DNA from: the human T2T-CHM13v2.0 reference genome, Homo sapiens
Assembly: GCF_009914755.1 (NCBI RefSeq)
Contig: NC_060936.1
DNA: 64,000 nucleotides
Strand: one strand, 5' to 3'
In this document: one piece after another, positions 27,401-46,620 of the stretch
How positions within the stretch are numbered: position 1 is the stretch's first letter
Layout: each line of letters starts with the position of its first letter
Program-made: the position numbers and the translations under genes
The notes under the pieces: generated by a model
What the model saw: only the letters and a program-made list of their open reading frames with translations
Databases searched by the model: none
Told to the model about the DNA's origin: nothing

Positions 27401-29689
27401 CTAGCCAATGACTTTTATAGGCTCCTGACAAATCAGATTTCCAAGGGGTACCCTAAGTTGTATTAATACAATTTTTTTTTTTTGCAAAATATCTTTAACA
27501 TGAAAGAGTTCAGGAAAAGTGGCAGAAGAATTACTAGTTTTTCAATCATATTATGCAAATTGAAAAACCCATTCATTGTTGCATTCAGGCCTCTCTGACA
27601 TTAGTAGGCTCTGCAATTGGAGAATGAAATATTTACATTTTTCAATTCAAACACTCTAGAGTGCCAGAATGTCTGCATTCATAATCTTAATGAGTAAAAT
27701 AAATTTTGGTATTAAATTTGTTTAAAATATATCTGAGAAATGAGAAAACAGGATTATCTTATCCATCCTTTCATTAATATTTTAATTCAATGTTTTATAT
27801 ATATTCTACAAATAGACAATTTTTAAAAAATTAAACACAATCTTAGGCACGGGGGATGCAGAAATGATTAAGACTCAGGGATGCTTAGTTTGTAATTGAG
27901 AGGATTGTTGGTAAGCATTCAATTGCAATTCAAGTGCAGTGTGGTTTGATAAAGGTACAATGTACTTTGGTTTAGCCTAGAGAATAACTCCTTTGAATTG
28001 TCCTGTAGTTTATTCTGCAGTTTACTCAGGTGGGGATGTCCACTAGGCAAGGCATACATCCAAGGAGAATGATTTGGGAGTCATAAGCATCCTTTAGGGC
28101 TCACTTCCTACCCTGCCTCTTTCTCCGCCAGTGCCTTCTAAGACTTCTTCACCTAGAATTTAATTGTATCCTTGTCCTCTCACAATGCTTCCCATCAGAA
28201 GTATTGCTAATTTCCCAGTCACCTGCTGAGGATTGTATTCAAGGTGCAACTTAATAGCACAACAGCTAATCTACATCTTCATTTACTTTTTCTTTTCTTT
28301 GGTTGAAAAAGGAAGGTAATTTCTGGAGTCCCTGACACCTGCCAGATCCTTTTTGTTACCAAGTGATTGATGGAGTTCTCCCTGGCTGACTACCCCAGGA
28401 CAGAATGCCAGAAGAATTCTGACTCCTTTGGCTTGGGCAGGTAATAGGCTTCTGGGCACAGGCCACCAAACGTATTGTGACTACAGTATGTAAAAGGCTA
28501 AAGATGTTCTCACAATGAATCTGCCATACTTCATATGACAAGGATTCATATATGTGTGCCTTTTGTTCTGTTCATATTCTGCAAGAACTGCCTCCTAACT
28601 GACATTTTATTTTACCAGGCCCCATTCTTAAGAGTGGTTGTAGCTTCCATCCTCAAATTTCAAACCAGATCACCACAGTTCCATTAGCAGTCTTATTTTG
28701 GGCAAAAACACAAAAATGGTAAGCTACCATAAAATAAAATTGTAATTCTATTTTTTTATTCAATTTCGTGACCACCATATTGGAGCAAAATGGTTGTGAG
28801 GTCCTCAAGGGAAAGCATCATTTGTATATTTATGTTGGCCAGGTAGCCATTATTCCTGGTTGGGTATTATATTTATAGATCTCTCTCAAGCCTCATAAGC
28901 TTTAGCAGCACCAGACTATGAATTTACAGTTTATGGCCCTCTAGAAGGATTGACAGGCAACATGGACCATATACAGATGTCCTGTTTTACATAACCAGGC
29001 ATATCAGAGACAGCTGTAACCATCAGTATCTGTCACAAATTCTAATGTGCATCTAACAATGACTAAAGCTGCAGAGCTTATTTGCTGTCTTTTACTGTGT
29101 ATTTCATGTGTCAACATTTGATGTGTTTCATCTGTAACACAGAATGGAATTTTGTGCTACTTTGATTTTCCTGGGTCTTTTTTTTTATAATGCAGAATGT
29201 CTCAAAGAGTGACATTCACACTTGACTCATTATTTTTTTGTTTATGAAAATATCAGAAAGATGATACCTAGGATAATTCTCAGTATCAGTGTATGTAAAC
29301 AATAGCAGTAAGAAAACAAAGGCACTTCCTTAAATCTTTTTCACTTAAATAGCGAGTATGATATTGTATTGGGGGAATAAAGTTATACTTGGGATTTTTA
29401 GATGTTTAATTTCTCAACAGATATTGTTTACATCAATAGTTCCTGAGGCAAGAGATATACATCATAATTAATGTCTATCAAATTATTATTGTATGGGAAT
29501 CTGCAAATAATTTGATTTTAAGAAGGGCTCTTCATTCTGACCTAAGTGAAATATGTACTCCTATCCTTATAGGTAATGGATGGAGGGAAAATATTGAATA
29601 ATTATTTTTGTATTCTAGAAAAATCTTCTATTGAAAAATATCAAGTTTAAATAATAATCTTATCCTGCCTCTCCTATTTCAAGCAACTA

Positions 29690-29910
29690 TTTCAATGTCA
29701 TTACCAAACAACAATCTTATGCCTGGAACTGTAAAAATACACATTATATTATTTATGTTTTACAACTCTATGAGGCAAGTTTTATTTTCTTCTCTTAAAG
29801 AGGAGAAAACAGACTTAGAGCACTGTACTTTGGAAAACAGGACCACAGCCCTATTATGTGACAGAACATACATTAAGCCATGTAGGATTTAATACTTCTG
29901 CTGTACACAA
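29690..29910 (-). mobile_element. MIR fragment
   Basis: acaactctatgaggcaag...aaagaggagaaaacagacttagag antisense core. Confidence 0.6.
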
Positions 29911-30304
29911 GCCAACAAAAGGCAAAAATCACCTTCAAAACAATGCTGAAGAGACAAGGATCAGCAATTGTAAATAATTATATTAAATGAGAAGTTCATT
30001 TCTCAATGATGGGTCAACTTCTCTTAGCTGCTAATAATATTTTTTGAAATATTTATTTGCTCTTTTTATGGAATGTCTGGGGTAGGTGAAACAAACAACC
30101 TTTTTAATTTTAGATGGGTAGATTCTAAACAGCAAATTAGATGTTTAATACAGTTGTTCTATGATTAAAGTTCTTATGGGAGACCTTCCTACCAAAAGAA
30201 TTCATTCAGTAGGCAAGAAACCGCTACACAATCTTGGGTGACTCTTAGAATATTCTTCAGTTATGATGACCAAGAACAATTAATGGCCTAGAGGATTCTG
30301 GAAT

Positions 30305-30609
30305 GTATGTATGTATGTATGCATTTTTGAGATGGAGTCTCACTCTGTTACCCAGGCTGGAGTGCAGTGGCGCGATCTTGGCTCACTGCAAGCTCTGCCT
30401 CCCGGGTTCATGCCATTCTCCTGCCTTACCTTCCTGAGTAGCTGGGACTACAGGTGCCCGCCATCATGCCTGGCTATTTTTTTATATTTTTAGTAGAGAT
30501 GGGGTTTCACCATGTTAGCCAGGATGGTCTAGATCTCCTGACCTCGTAATCCACCTGCCTTGCCCTTGCAAAGTGTTGGGATTACAGGCATGAGCAACTG
30601 CGCCAGACC
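30305..30609 (-). mobile_element. AluY-like with (ATAC)n tail
   Basis: Y diagnostics gcaagctc, ccattctc, ttagccaggatgg; TSD tctggaat at 30297-30304 and 30610-30617; many CpGs decayed. Confidence 0.93.
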
Positions 30610-30874
30610 TCTGGAATTTATTTTTCTTTTATTTCTTGGGTTATCACTACATGAGCTGCAGATACAGAAGACTTGCAAAGACTTCTGCCATAGCTAATAT
30701 GTTTTTTATGGCTTTTACTCATTTGCATGACTGATATACTCATATACTTATGTGTAAAAATGGCATTCTATTGAAAATTTCTAGGGAGTTGCCTAAATGC
30801 AAAACATATTTTGAAAGGAGAAAAATGACATCTATATTTTTATAAAGGGTAACTAATCACAAAGTAAGATTGAC

Positions 30875-31410
30875 TTTTTAAATACACCTTTTTGTCTTGG
30901 AGTAGTTTTAGATTTACAGAAATGTTGCAGAGATAGTACACAGAGTACCTATGTACTCCTACACCCAGTTTCATTATTAAAAGTTGACATCAGTATTGCA
31001 CATTTGTCACTACTCTGAAGTGATATTAATACGTCATTGTTAACTGAAGTCCATGCTGTATTCAGATTTTCTTAGTTTTTACCTAATGCCCTTGTTAGGT
31101 TTCAGGATCCCATCTAGTATACCACATTACATTTAGCTTTCGTATTTCCTTAGACTCTTGACTGTGACAGCTTCTCAGGTTCTCATTCTTTTTGAAGACC
31201 TCAGCAGTGGAGGAGTACTGAATAGGTATTTAGACTGGGTTTCTGGGTTATTGTGAGGAAGACCACAAAGACGAATTGACATCATACATTACATCAAGGG
31301 TATATTCTGTCAACATGATTTATCACTGTTGTTGACTTTAATCACCTGGCTGAAGTAACTTGTCAGGTCTTTCTACTGTAAAGTTCTTCTCTCTCTTTCC
31401 ATACTTTTCC
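30875..31410 (-). mobile_element. L1MC/L1MD 3' end
   Basis: agtagttttagatttacagaaatgttgcagagatagtacacagag... antisense L1MC/MD 3' UTR. Confidence 0.8.
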
Positions 31411-31908
31411 AAATCTAGACTAAAATCACGTTTAAATTGTAACAAATTTGATGTTTAGAGTTTGTCTGTAGCAATACAATTTATGTAGTTTTCTTTACCA
31501 GGGACCCTTTAAATTGATTACTAAACAATATTAACTTAAAAGGTCAGCACTTTTCCCCATCATTTTGGTTGAAACTATCCAAGTGCTTCAATACAACACA
31601 CAGTAGTTACTGAAAAGTATTAATTTATTTCTTCTGTCCCTCTGAAAATATTTATATACAGAAAAAATAGGTATCGTTCTACCAAATGGATCCACTCTTT
31701 GAATACAAGGGATTAAAACAGTGAAGAAATGTATGTTTCCTCATTATGTGTTATCCCAGAAATGGCATTATCATCAAGATGTTCTGCCCTCTTGAAGCTG
31801 ATAATGCCTGCTTTTTATTTTTCATGTTTTGCTTACAAAAAATTAAAGCAAAAATAATAGGAGAGACTATAACTAGAACAGATAATATTATTAAAAATAT
31901 AAAACATA

Positions 31909-32206
31909 AAGTGGGCATGATGGTTCATGCCTGTAATCCTAGCACTTTGAGAGGCCAGGGCAGGAGGATCGCTTGAGGCCAGGAGTTCCAGATCAGCCTG
32001 GACAACATAGCAAGATCCCGTCTCTAAGAAAAATTTAAGAATTAGTGTAGTATGGTGGCACACATTTGTAGTCTTAGCTACTGAAGTGGCTGAAGCAGGA
32101 AAATTGTTTGAGCCTGGGAGGTCAAGGCTGCAGTGAGCTGTGATTGTGCAACTCACTGCACTCCAGTCTGGGTGACAGAGTGAGGCTCTGTCTCTAAAAG
32201 AAAAAA
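31909..32206 (+). mobile_element. AluJ
   Basis: ggaggatcgcttgaggccaggag, aacatagcaaga, gtcaaggctgcagtgagc. Confidence 0.92.
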
Positions 32207-32649
32207 GATGTATAAGAGGATGAAGATGACTTTGAATATGAATAAGAAATCCATTGTTATAAAAAGTGTTATATCAGGGAAAGGGAATTTTCAGCCAGCA
32301 AAAAGCAAATTCCAGTGCCCCATACTGTTTCATATGTTATTGAAAAGACTGAGGCAGATCCCATACTTGTCCTTCTTTGATACCTAGAATAACAACTAAT
32401 TTCCCTCCTTGCATTTTAGTGAAATACATATATTACTCTGCAAATGGTAAATGCTTACTTTGCTATGCTCCTTTTTAGAAAAATATTGAGTATTTTGCTG
32501 CCTACTTGGCAGTCTATGATAATGGCCTAATAAGATATAATACATAGTATGTGAATTCAAACCAAAGGCAAAGAAGTTGAAAACTTTGAAAAAATGTAGA
32601 CAAAAGTATAACTAGAATAACCAATATAGAGAAGCACTTAAAGGAGCTG

Positions 32650-33396
32650 ATGGAGCTGAAAACCAAGGCTCGAGAACTACGTGAAGAACGCAGAAGCCTC
32701 AGGAGCCGATGTGATCAACTGGAAGAAAGGGTATCAGTGATGGAAGATGAAATGAATGAAATGAAGCGAGAAGGGAAGTTTAGAGAAAAAAGAATAAAAA
32801 GAAAGGAGCAAAGCCTCCAAGAAATATGGGACTATGTGAAAAGACCAAATCTGCGTCTGATTGGTGTACCTGAAAGTGACGGGGAGAATGCAACCAAGTT
32901 GGAAAACACACTGCAGGATATTATCCAGCAGAACTTCCCCAATCTAGCAAGGCAGGCCAACATTCAGATTCAGGAAATACAGAGAATGCCACAAAGATAC
33001 TCCTCGAGAAGAGCAACTCCAAGACACATAATTGTCAGATTAACCAAAGTTGAAATGAAGGAAAAAATGTTAAGGGCAACAAGAGAGACAGGTCGGGTTA
33101 CCCACAAAGGGAAGCCCATCAGACTAACAGCAGATCTCTCGGCAGAAACTCTACAAGCCAGAAGAGAGTGGGGGCCAATATTCAACATTCTTAAAGAAAA
33201 GAATTTTCAACCCAGAATTTCATATCCAGCCAAACTAAGCTTCATAAGTGAAGGAGAAATAAAATACTTTACAGACAAGCAAATGCTGAGAGGTTTTGTC
33301 ACCACCAGACCTGCCCTAAAAGAGCTCCTGAAGGAAGCACTAAACATGGAAAGGAACAACCGGTACCAGCCACTGCAAAATCATGCCAAAATGTAA
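32650..33396 (+). pseudogene. L1 ORF1p remnant (open 248-aa C-terminal part, N-terminus missing)
   Basis: Translation contains QSLQEIWDYVKRPNLRLIGVPE, ARREWGPIF, YPAKLSF and terminal RYQPLQNHAKM; no 5' UTR promoter. Confidence 0.93.
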
Positions 33397-33459
33397 AGAC
33401 CATTGAGACTAGGAAGAAACTGCATCAACTAATGAGCAGAATAACCAGCTAACATCATA

Positions 33460-38776
<5,317 letters not shown>

Positions 38777-39580
38777 ACAATGAGAATACACGGACACAGG
38801 AATGGGAACATCACACTCTGGGGACTGTTGTGCCATGGGGGAAGGGGGGAGGGATAGCATTAGGACATATACCTAATGCTAAATGACTAGTTAATGGGTG
38901 CAGCACATCAGCATGGCACATGTATACATATGTAACTAACCTGCACAATGTGCACCTGTACCCTAAAACTTAAAGTATAATAATAATAATAAATAAAATA
39001 AAATAATAATACATAGTATGTGACAAGTGTCAGAGATGAAGTAATTTGTAATTTGAAAGAGTGGAAATTCCACTTACAAACCGTATGCAATTTTATTCTC
39101 TAACCATATTACAGCATCAGACATACCCTTTAGACAATCATTGCCGTGTCAACTAGGCAAAAGTTTACATGTATATTTTCTTTTATATTATTTCTGTGTG
39201 TGCTTATTTATACTTCTAAGTTTTGTCTAATATTGATTGTCTGTTACAAAGTGCTAGAATTGCTACAGTTACACCAAGCAGATTTAGGCAATGTACTCAG
39301 AATAAGCCAAAACTATATGCTGAAGATCATAGTGACAAACACCCCTCATGTGTACTGAGTGTTTACTGTATAACTGGCTACATTCATTTAACACTTTCGA
39401 TTTTCCTTGAGGCAGTAAATTATTATTCCTACTTTATAGATGAGAAAGCCAAACCAATTGTTTGGGCTCAAATTCCAGCTCTGTCTCTTATTTTACAAGC
39501 TTCGAAGCAGCAGTTGGTTTCTAGATACTGCCTTCACCTATTATGTGCTTATATTGCTTTGCAATGTCAAAAAAATAAAG

Positions 39581-40165
39581 CCAGTGTGGCGATTCCTCAG
39601 GGATCTAGAACTAGAAATACCATTTGACCCAGCCATCCCATTACTGGGTATATACCCAAATGACTATAAATCATGCTGCTATAAAGACACATGCGCACGT
39701 ATGTTTATTGCAGCATTATTCACAATAGCAAAGACTTGGAACCAACCCAAATGTCCAACAATGATAGACTGGATTAAGAAAATGTGGCACATATACACCA
39801 TGGAATACTATGCAGCCATAAAAAATGATGAGTTCATGTCCTTTGTAGGGACATGGATGAAATTGGAAACCATCATTCTCAGTAAACTATCGCAAGAACA
39901 AAAAACCAAACACCGCATATTCTCACTCATAGGTGGGAACTGAACAATGAGATCACATGGACACAGGAAGGGGAATATCACACTCTGGGGACTGTGGTCG
40001 GGTGGGGGGAGGGGGGAGGGATAGCATTGGGAGATATACCTAATGGTAGATGACGAGTTAGTGGGTGCAGTGCACCAGCATGGCACATGTATACATATGT
40101 AACTAACCTGCACAATGTGCACATGTACCCTAAAACTTAAAGTATAATAAAAAAAATAATTAAAA
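39581..40165 (+). mobile_element. 5'-truncated young L1 (L1PA2, close to L1HS)
   Basis: aaatgactat, gagatcacatgg, gggaatatcac, gggagatatacc, gacGAGttagtgg (GAG rather than Ta ACA); TSD aaaaaaataaag(c/t)ca at 39569-39583 and 40163-40177. Confidence 0.93.
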
Positions 40166-40729
40166 AAAATAAAGTCAAAAGAAATTAAGAAATAATAACT
40201 AAGAAAGGAATTTTGGAGTCAATGATTATTATTTGTGCTCTCTTGTTGCTACTGACCCGAAATGTGAAAATCACCAGCAGAAATACCCTTGCATCAAAGA
40301 AATAAAATGAATAGGCAAACTCTACAGTGATAGAAGTTGATATAAATGTGAAATTACCTCTGAAGATTATGTTTAATTTTTATTGTACATTTCATTAATT
40401 GTATATATGTGGTATATTTGTCCTGTGTATTCCACTTAATTCAAAATAGAGAAAATTCTACCCTCTAAGATCTTTCAATTTGAAATTAGAATTTAAATCA
40501 GAACTCAAAAAGTCAATATTGTCATTCAATGTCATTACTTTTTTGCATTAAAAACAATAATTCAATCTATTTCTCTAAATATTTTGAAATGGTAATCTAA
40601 AATCCCTGCATACAGGGATTCTATGCACGTGATTCTCTCCTGCCCTTTAAGCCTGCACATGGGCTTCTAAGTCAACTATGCAACAAATGAAGTTTTCTTG
40701 AAGCTATTTTTAAATTATAAATTTCTTCA

Positions 40730-42000
40730 GTAAATAACCACAGAACAAAGGTGAAAAGCTTCATGACATTAGTCTAGGCAATGATATTTCATATGTGAAT
40801 CTGTAAGCACAGGCAACAAAAGCAAAAATAGACAAATGCGATTACATCAAACTAAAAAGCTTTTGCACACCAAGAAAACAAACATCAGGTTGAAGAGACA
40901 AATTGTGTAATGAGAGAAAGTATTTGCTAACCACACATCTGATAAGGGTTAATATTCCAAATATATAAGGGACTCAAACAATTCAGTAGTAAGAAACCAA
41001 ATGACCTTATGTAAAAATGAGCAAAGACTCTGAATGGACACTTCTCAAATGAATACATACAAATGACTATCAGGCATATGAAAAAAATGTTCACAGTCAC
41101 ATATTTTCAGAAAAAGGCAAATTAAAACTACAATAAAGTATCACTTTACACTTGTTAGATTGGCCATTATCAAAAGGATGAATGATAATAAGTGTTGAAG
41201 AGGATGTGGAGAAAAAGAACCTCTTGTGCATTGTTGTTGGGAATGTAAATTAGTAGAGGAGTTGGAAAACAGTATGGAGGTTCCTCAAAAAAATAAAAGT
41301 ATCAAGAACTACCATTTGATCCAGCAATCCTACTAACTGGGTATATATATATTAAAAAATGAAATCAATATATGAAGAGTTTCTGCACTCCTGTGCTCAT
41401 CCCAGCATTGTTCACAATAGCCAAGATATGGAATCCACCTATGTGCCCATCAACAAATAGATAAAATATAAATAAATATATATATACACACACATATACA
41501 CACACACACAAACACACAATGGTATACTATACAAACTTAAAAAAGAAATAAATCCTGTTATTTGTAACAACATAGATGAACCTGGAGGACATTATGTTAA
41601 CCGAAATAAAAAAGTCACAGAAAGACAAATACCATGTGATTTCAATGATATGTGGGATCTGTAAAAGTAGAACAAGTAGAATGGTGGTTACGAGAATCTG
41701 GGGATAGGGCAAGAGTTGGAGAGATATTGATCAGAAAGTACAAATTTTCAGTTAGATAAAAAGAACAAGTTCAAGAGTTCTATTGTACAACTTGGTGACT
41801 GTATTTAACAACAATGTGTTAGAAAATTACTAAGTGAATAAATGTAAGTTTTCTCACCTCAAAATATAAGTATGTGAGGTAAGACATATGTTAATTAGCC
41901 TGATTTAGCCATTCAACAATGTATACATATTTCAAAACATGTCATGCATAATATATAAAATTTTTATTTGTCAACTTAAAAAATTAATTAATTAAAAAAA
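40730..42000 (+). mobile_element. 5'-truncated L1MA5-7-like element
   Basis: ORF2 3' remnants and L1MA 3' end tatgttaattagcctgatttagccatt. Confidence 0.88.
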
Positions 42001-42428
42001 GATTTGGTCTGGCAAAGGAAATAAATCCCAGATTATGAATATATGGCCTATCCAGAGAACAAGTAACTATGTTGTGTGTCTGGAAGTAAAATGGTGAACA
42101 TCTAGAAAGATGAGTTAGACAGAAGCCACCTTGATAATATCCAAATAAAATATTTTATTAAAATTCTAAACATTTAAAAATTATTTTAGAAATCTCAGAA
42201 TACTTTTTAACAGATGCTGATTGTACTATCGTAATGACTACAGATTTCTGAGAAACAAGCAACCAACCAGACTTCTTGGTTTAATTCCAAGTTCTAAGAT
42301 AACATCCTTTTTCCTGTTAGAATAAAGAAGGTGGACTTCCTCCTTAGGTCAGCCAAGACATGAATCTGATTCTCTTTTCAGAGATCTTGAGTATCAATCC
42401 AAGGCACTCTCTTCCTATATGAAACTGT

Positions 42429-43933
42429 CATATGGAACCAAAAAGGAGCCTGCATAGCCAGGACAATGCTAAGCAAAAAGAACAAAGATGGAGGCATCAC
42501 ACTACCTGACTTCAAACTATACTACAAGGCTACAGTAACAAAAACAGCATGGTAATGGTACCAAAACAGATATAAAGACTAATGGAACAGAACAGAGGCC
42601 TCAGAAATAACACCACACATCTACAACCACCTCATCTTTGACAAATTTGACAAAAACAAGAAATTGGGAAATGATTCCCTATTTAATAAATGGTGTTGAG
42701 AAAACTGGCTAGCCATATGCAGAAAGCTGAAACTGGATCCCTTCCCTGCACCTTATACAAAAATTAATTCAAGATGGATTAAAGACTTAAACATAAGACC
42801 TAAGACCTAAAACCATTAAAACCCTAGAAGAAAACCTAGGTGATAACATTCAGGACACAGGCATGGGTAAAGACTTCATGATCAAAACACCAAAAGCAAT
42901 GGCAACAAAATCCAAAATAGACAAATGGCATCTAATTAAACTAAAGGCTCTGCACAGCAAAAGAAACTATCATCAGAGTGAACAAGCCACCCACAGAATG
43001 GGAGAAAATTTTTGCAATCTATCCATCTGACAAAGGGCTAATAACCAGAATCTATGAAGAACGTAAACAAATTTACAAGAAAAAAAAAAACATCCCCATC
43101 AAAAAGTGGGCAAAGCGTATGAACAGACACTTCTCGAAAGAAGACATTTATGTAGCCAATAAACATGAAAAAAAGCTCATCATCACTGGCCATCAGAGAA
43201 ATGCAAATCAAAACCACAATGAGATACCATCTCATGGCAGTTAGAATGGCGATCATTAAAGTCACGAAACAACAGATGCTGGAGGGGATGTGGAGAAATA
43301 GGAATGCTTTTACACTGTTGGTGGGAGTGTAAATTAGTTCAACCATTGTGGAAGTTAGTGTGGCAAATCTTCAAGGATCTAGAACTAGAAATACGATTTG
43401 ACCCAGCAATCCCATTACTGAGTATATACCCAAAGGATTATAAATCATGCTACTGTAAAGACACATGCACACAATATGTTTATTGCGGCACTGTTCACAA
43501 CAGCAAAGACTTGGAACCAACCAAAATGCCCATCAGTGATGGAATGGATAAAGAAAACGTGGCACATATACACCATGGAATACTATGCAGCCATAAAAAT
43601 AGTTGAGTTCATGTCCTTTGCAGGGACATGGATGGAGCTGGAAACCATCATTCTCAGCAAACTAACACAAGAACAGAAAACCAAATACCGCATGTTGGCA
43701 CTCATAAGTAGGAGTTGAATAATGAGAACACATGGACACAGGGAGGGGAACATCACACACCAGGACCTGTTGGGGAGCCGGGGGCTAGGAAGGGGTAGCA
43801 TTAGGAGGAATATCTAATACAGATGATGGGTTGATGGGTGCAGCAGACCACCATGTCACATGTATACCTATGTAACAAACCTGCACATTCTGCACATGTA
43901 CCCCAGAACTTAAAGTATAATAATAAAAAAAAA
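42429..43933 (+). mobile_element. 5'-truncated L1PA7-like element
   Basis: ORF2 C-terminal peptides, 3' UTR gggggctagg...gatgggttgatgggtgcagc...ccagaacttaaag; TSD gaaactgt at 42421-42428 and 43934-43941. Confidence 0.93.
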
Positions 43934-44029
43934 GAAACTGTATTTCTACAGGCATCTTTGCATGAAATGCACACATGCATAAATCTTTCCCATTTAAAGA
44001 AAATAAGTTCTTGACTCCCTTTACTAATC

Positions 44030-45440
44030 CAGATGCTATTTCTTGTTCCTTTTCATAACAACTTCTTAAGGAGTAATCTAAAATGTTTTTTGTCAATTTT
44101 TCACTGTCTACTCACTTTCCAACCCATTCCATTTTAATCTTTATCACTCCACTCTAAGTGTAAAAGCACCAATATTCTTTTTGTCACTGAATAAAAAGAC
44201 ATTTCTTAAGGCATTATCTTATGTGACCTTTCAGCATAATTTTACCTAACCTCTTTCTCCCTGAAGCAATCCATTTCTGTTAAACATTCTCCTGGTTTCC
44301 ATCTGTTCTCCTTTCTATCTTTACTACCTTCCTTTAGATGCTGATGTTGCCCAGGATTCTTTGAGTCAGGTTTTTCTGCTCCTACACACTCTTCTGTCAC
44401 AACCCCATTCATTCCCAAGGCTTCATTTACCATCTACATACCAACGATTTCTATATTACTATGTCTAGTCCAAACCCCTTTCTGAGCTTGAGATTTCCAT
44501 TTCTAACTGCTTATTTGACATCTTATGTATCAAAAGCATCTGAAAATCAGCCCCATCTAATTGTTTAAACTTGAAATCTATAAATCATGCTTTACTCTGT
44601 AGTTTCTTAATCCCCATTTCTAATAAAAACTAAAATCTGGTTTAAAAATATTCCTAGTAATTTATTGTGAATTTTGGGGCCTATAATTTATTTTTTGTTT
44701 ATATTTTATTGTGGTAATATACAGATAACCTAAAATTAGCCTTTTAAACAATTTTTAAATGCAGTAAAACAGCATTAAGTACATTTACATGATTACAAAA
44801 CCACCACCACTATCCAACTCCAGAAATTTTTCATTAGTCTAAATCAAAGCTATTGTTTTAATCAAGAATATTTCTTCATAATCCACTGATTTTCTTCCAT
44901 GATCATTGCTTCTATACTATATTATTGCTGTTGATTCCTAAATAGTATTTCTACATACATACTTTATATTATAATCCAATCCTCATATTTTAGGCTATTT
45001 TTTAAAGTTTTAGACTGAGGTTCCATTGTGTTTAGGAAAAAAAGTTAATGCATAAAGCAAGTCTTTTCTAGTTTTATTTTCTGTTGTTCTTTTGCTTAAT
45101 GTGCTTTAATGGTTTTATTTAAAAGTTTTCAACTTTTTCAAATCAGCTTTGCTTGCTCTTACCATACTTGGCAGTCTTTGCATGTGCTATGCCATCTCCT
45201 TGGAAATCTCTCATTGCCATCTAAGTCATATTCATGCTCAATGTAGGAGACCTTACCAAATATTCCAATCTAGGTTATGGTCATCTGATACATTCTGCCA
45301 TGCCACCATGCAAGTCTTGATTTCTGTTACTCAATGTTCTCAAAATTAACTTGGTCAAAGTTTTGTTTTTAACACTAGAGTGAAATCTTCAGAAGATGAT
45401 ATCAATAACATTTCTGATACTTAATATTTGTTGGATGTGT
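44030..45440 (+). mobile_element. Degraded L2 fragments, interrupted at ~44690-44840 by an antisense L1MB 3' end
   Basis: atcttatgtgacctttcagcataattt, ttccatttctaactgcttatttgacatc; L1MB-like ttttattgtggtaatatac...gcattaagtacatttaca. Confidence 0.6.
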
Positions 45441-45449
45441 AAATGTCTC

Positions 45450-46620
45450 AAATATTTATGGTGTCTACTCTTCCAGATACTATTTTAGGCACTAAAGATA
45501 CAGCAATGAGCAAAATTGAAGTCATTGCTCTCTTGGAGATGCCATTCTGGTAATACAACGTTGACAATGAAACAAAACAAATAAATTCATATCAGTTGAT
45601 AATGTGCTAAGAAGAAAATTAAAGCAGGATAATGGAAGAGTGATTAGTATAATATTTTACATAGGTTGAAGACAGTTTTCTTTTTGATAAGGCTTTATTT
45701 AGTGAAATACTTGAATGAAATAAAGTACCATGATGGATATCTAACAGGAAAGCAATTTAGAAAGAGGGATTCTCAAAGGGCACAAGGCAGTGTGGGCTTG
45801 ACTTGATCAAGGAGGAAGCCAGTACTCCTGGGGTAGAGCAAGTGAGAAAATGGTAAGAGGACAGCAGATGAGCCAGCATCTAGGGCTTTAAGAACACAGT
45901 TAGGATTTTGACTGAAATAGTGAGCTATTGCACATTTGTGAGTGCAAAAGTGACATGATCTGGCTTTCTTTTTCAAAAGAACAAGATGGCTGCCTTGCAA
46001 AGTATAGGCTTTAGAGAGAGTGAGTATGGAATTAGAAAGACCTCATAGGAGACTACTTACATGGTCCTGGTAAGTGATGATGGGTTAGAGCAAAGTGATC
46101 AAAGTAGAAATATTTAGAACTGGTTTGATTCAGGATAAGTAAGGTAGAACTAACAGAATTTGCTTATGAATTTGCTGTGGGATAACAAACATGGAACAGC
46201 TTACTATTTCACTCGCAGTCCTAACTATGGTCTTAAAGCCCTAGATGATCACTCATTTGCTGTTCTCTTACCACTTTCTCACTTGCCCCACCCCAGGAGC
46301 ACTGGCTTCCTCCTTGACCAAGTCAAGCCCACATTGCCTCAAGCCCTCTGAAAATCCCTCTTTCTGGATTGCCTTCCTGTTAGATATCCACCATGGAACC
46401 TTATTTTATTTAAGTATTTGAAAAATTAAACTATAATATATATAATTCCAAGAGTTTTGGCTTAAGAAACTGGGTGGATGATGTTGTCATTTACTGAGAT
46501 GAAAATAGAGAGGAGCAGATTTGATAGTGGCAATAAACAACTCAGTTCTGGACATATAAAGCTGAGATAACTCAAACATAGTCAAGTGAAATAGTGAGTA
46601 GAGAGTTAAATATATGAATA
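45450..46620 (-). mobile_element. L2 element containing an inverted internal duplication
   Basis: Antisense L2 3' end (aatatttatggtgtctact...taggcactaaagatacagcaatgagc) continuing to ttccaagagttttggcttaagaaactgggtggatg. Confidence 0.8.
45705..46419. repeat. Inverted repeat, arms 45705-45938 and 46186-46419, spacer ~247 bp
   Basis: Arms are reverse complements; ORFs 45773-46000(-) and 46160-46351(+) share LKALD...PRSTGFLLDQVKPTLP. Confidence 0.93.

Noticed and set aside
30305-32206. Oppositely oriented Alu pair (also 52564-55694)
   Set aside because: Different subfamilies, over 1 kb apart; common genomic arrangement.
39440-39943. 167-aa chimeric ORF (unique sequence fused to L1 ORF2 C-terminus)
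   Set aside because: Chance open frame running into a young L1 3' end; no promoter or splice evidence.
45773-46351. Two similar ORFs on opposite strands as paralogous genes
   Set aside because: Consequence of the inverted L2 duplication; not protein-like.
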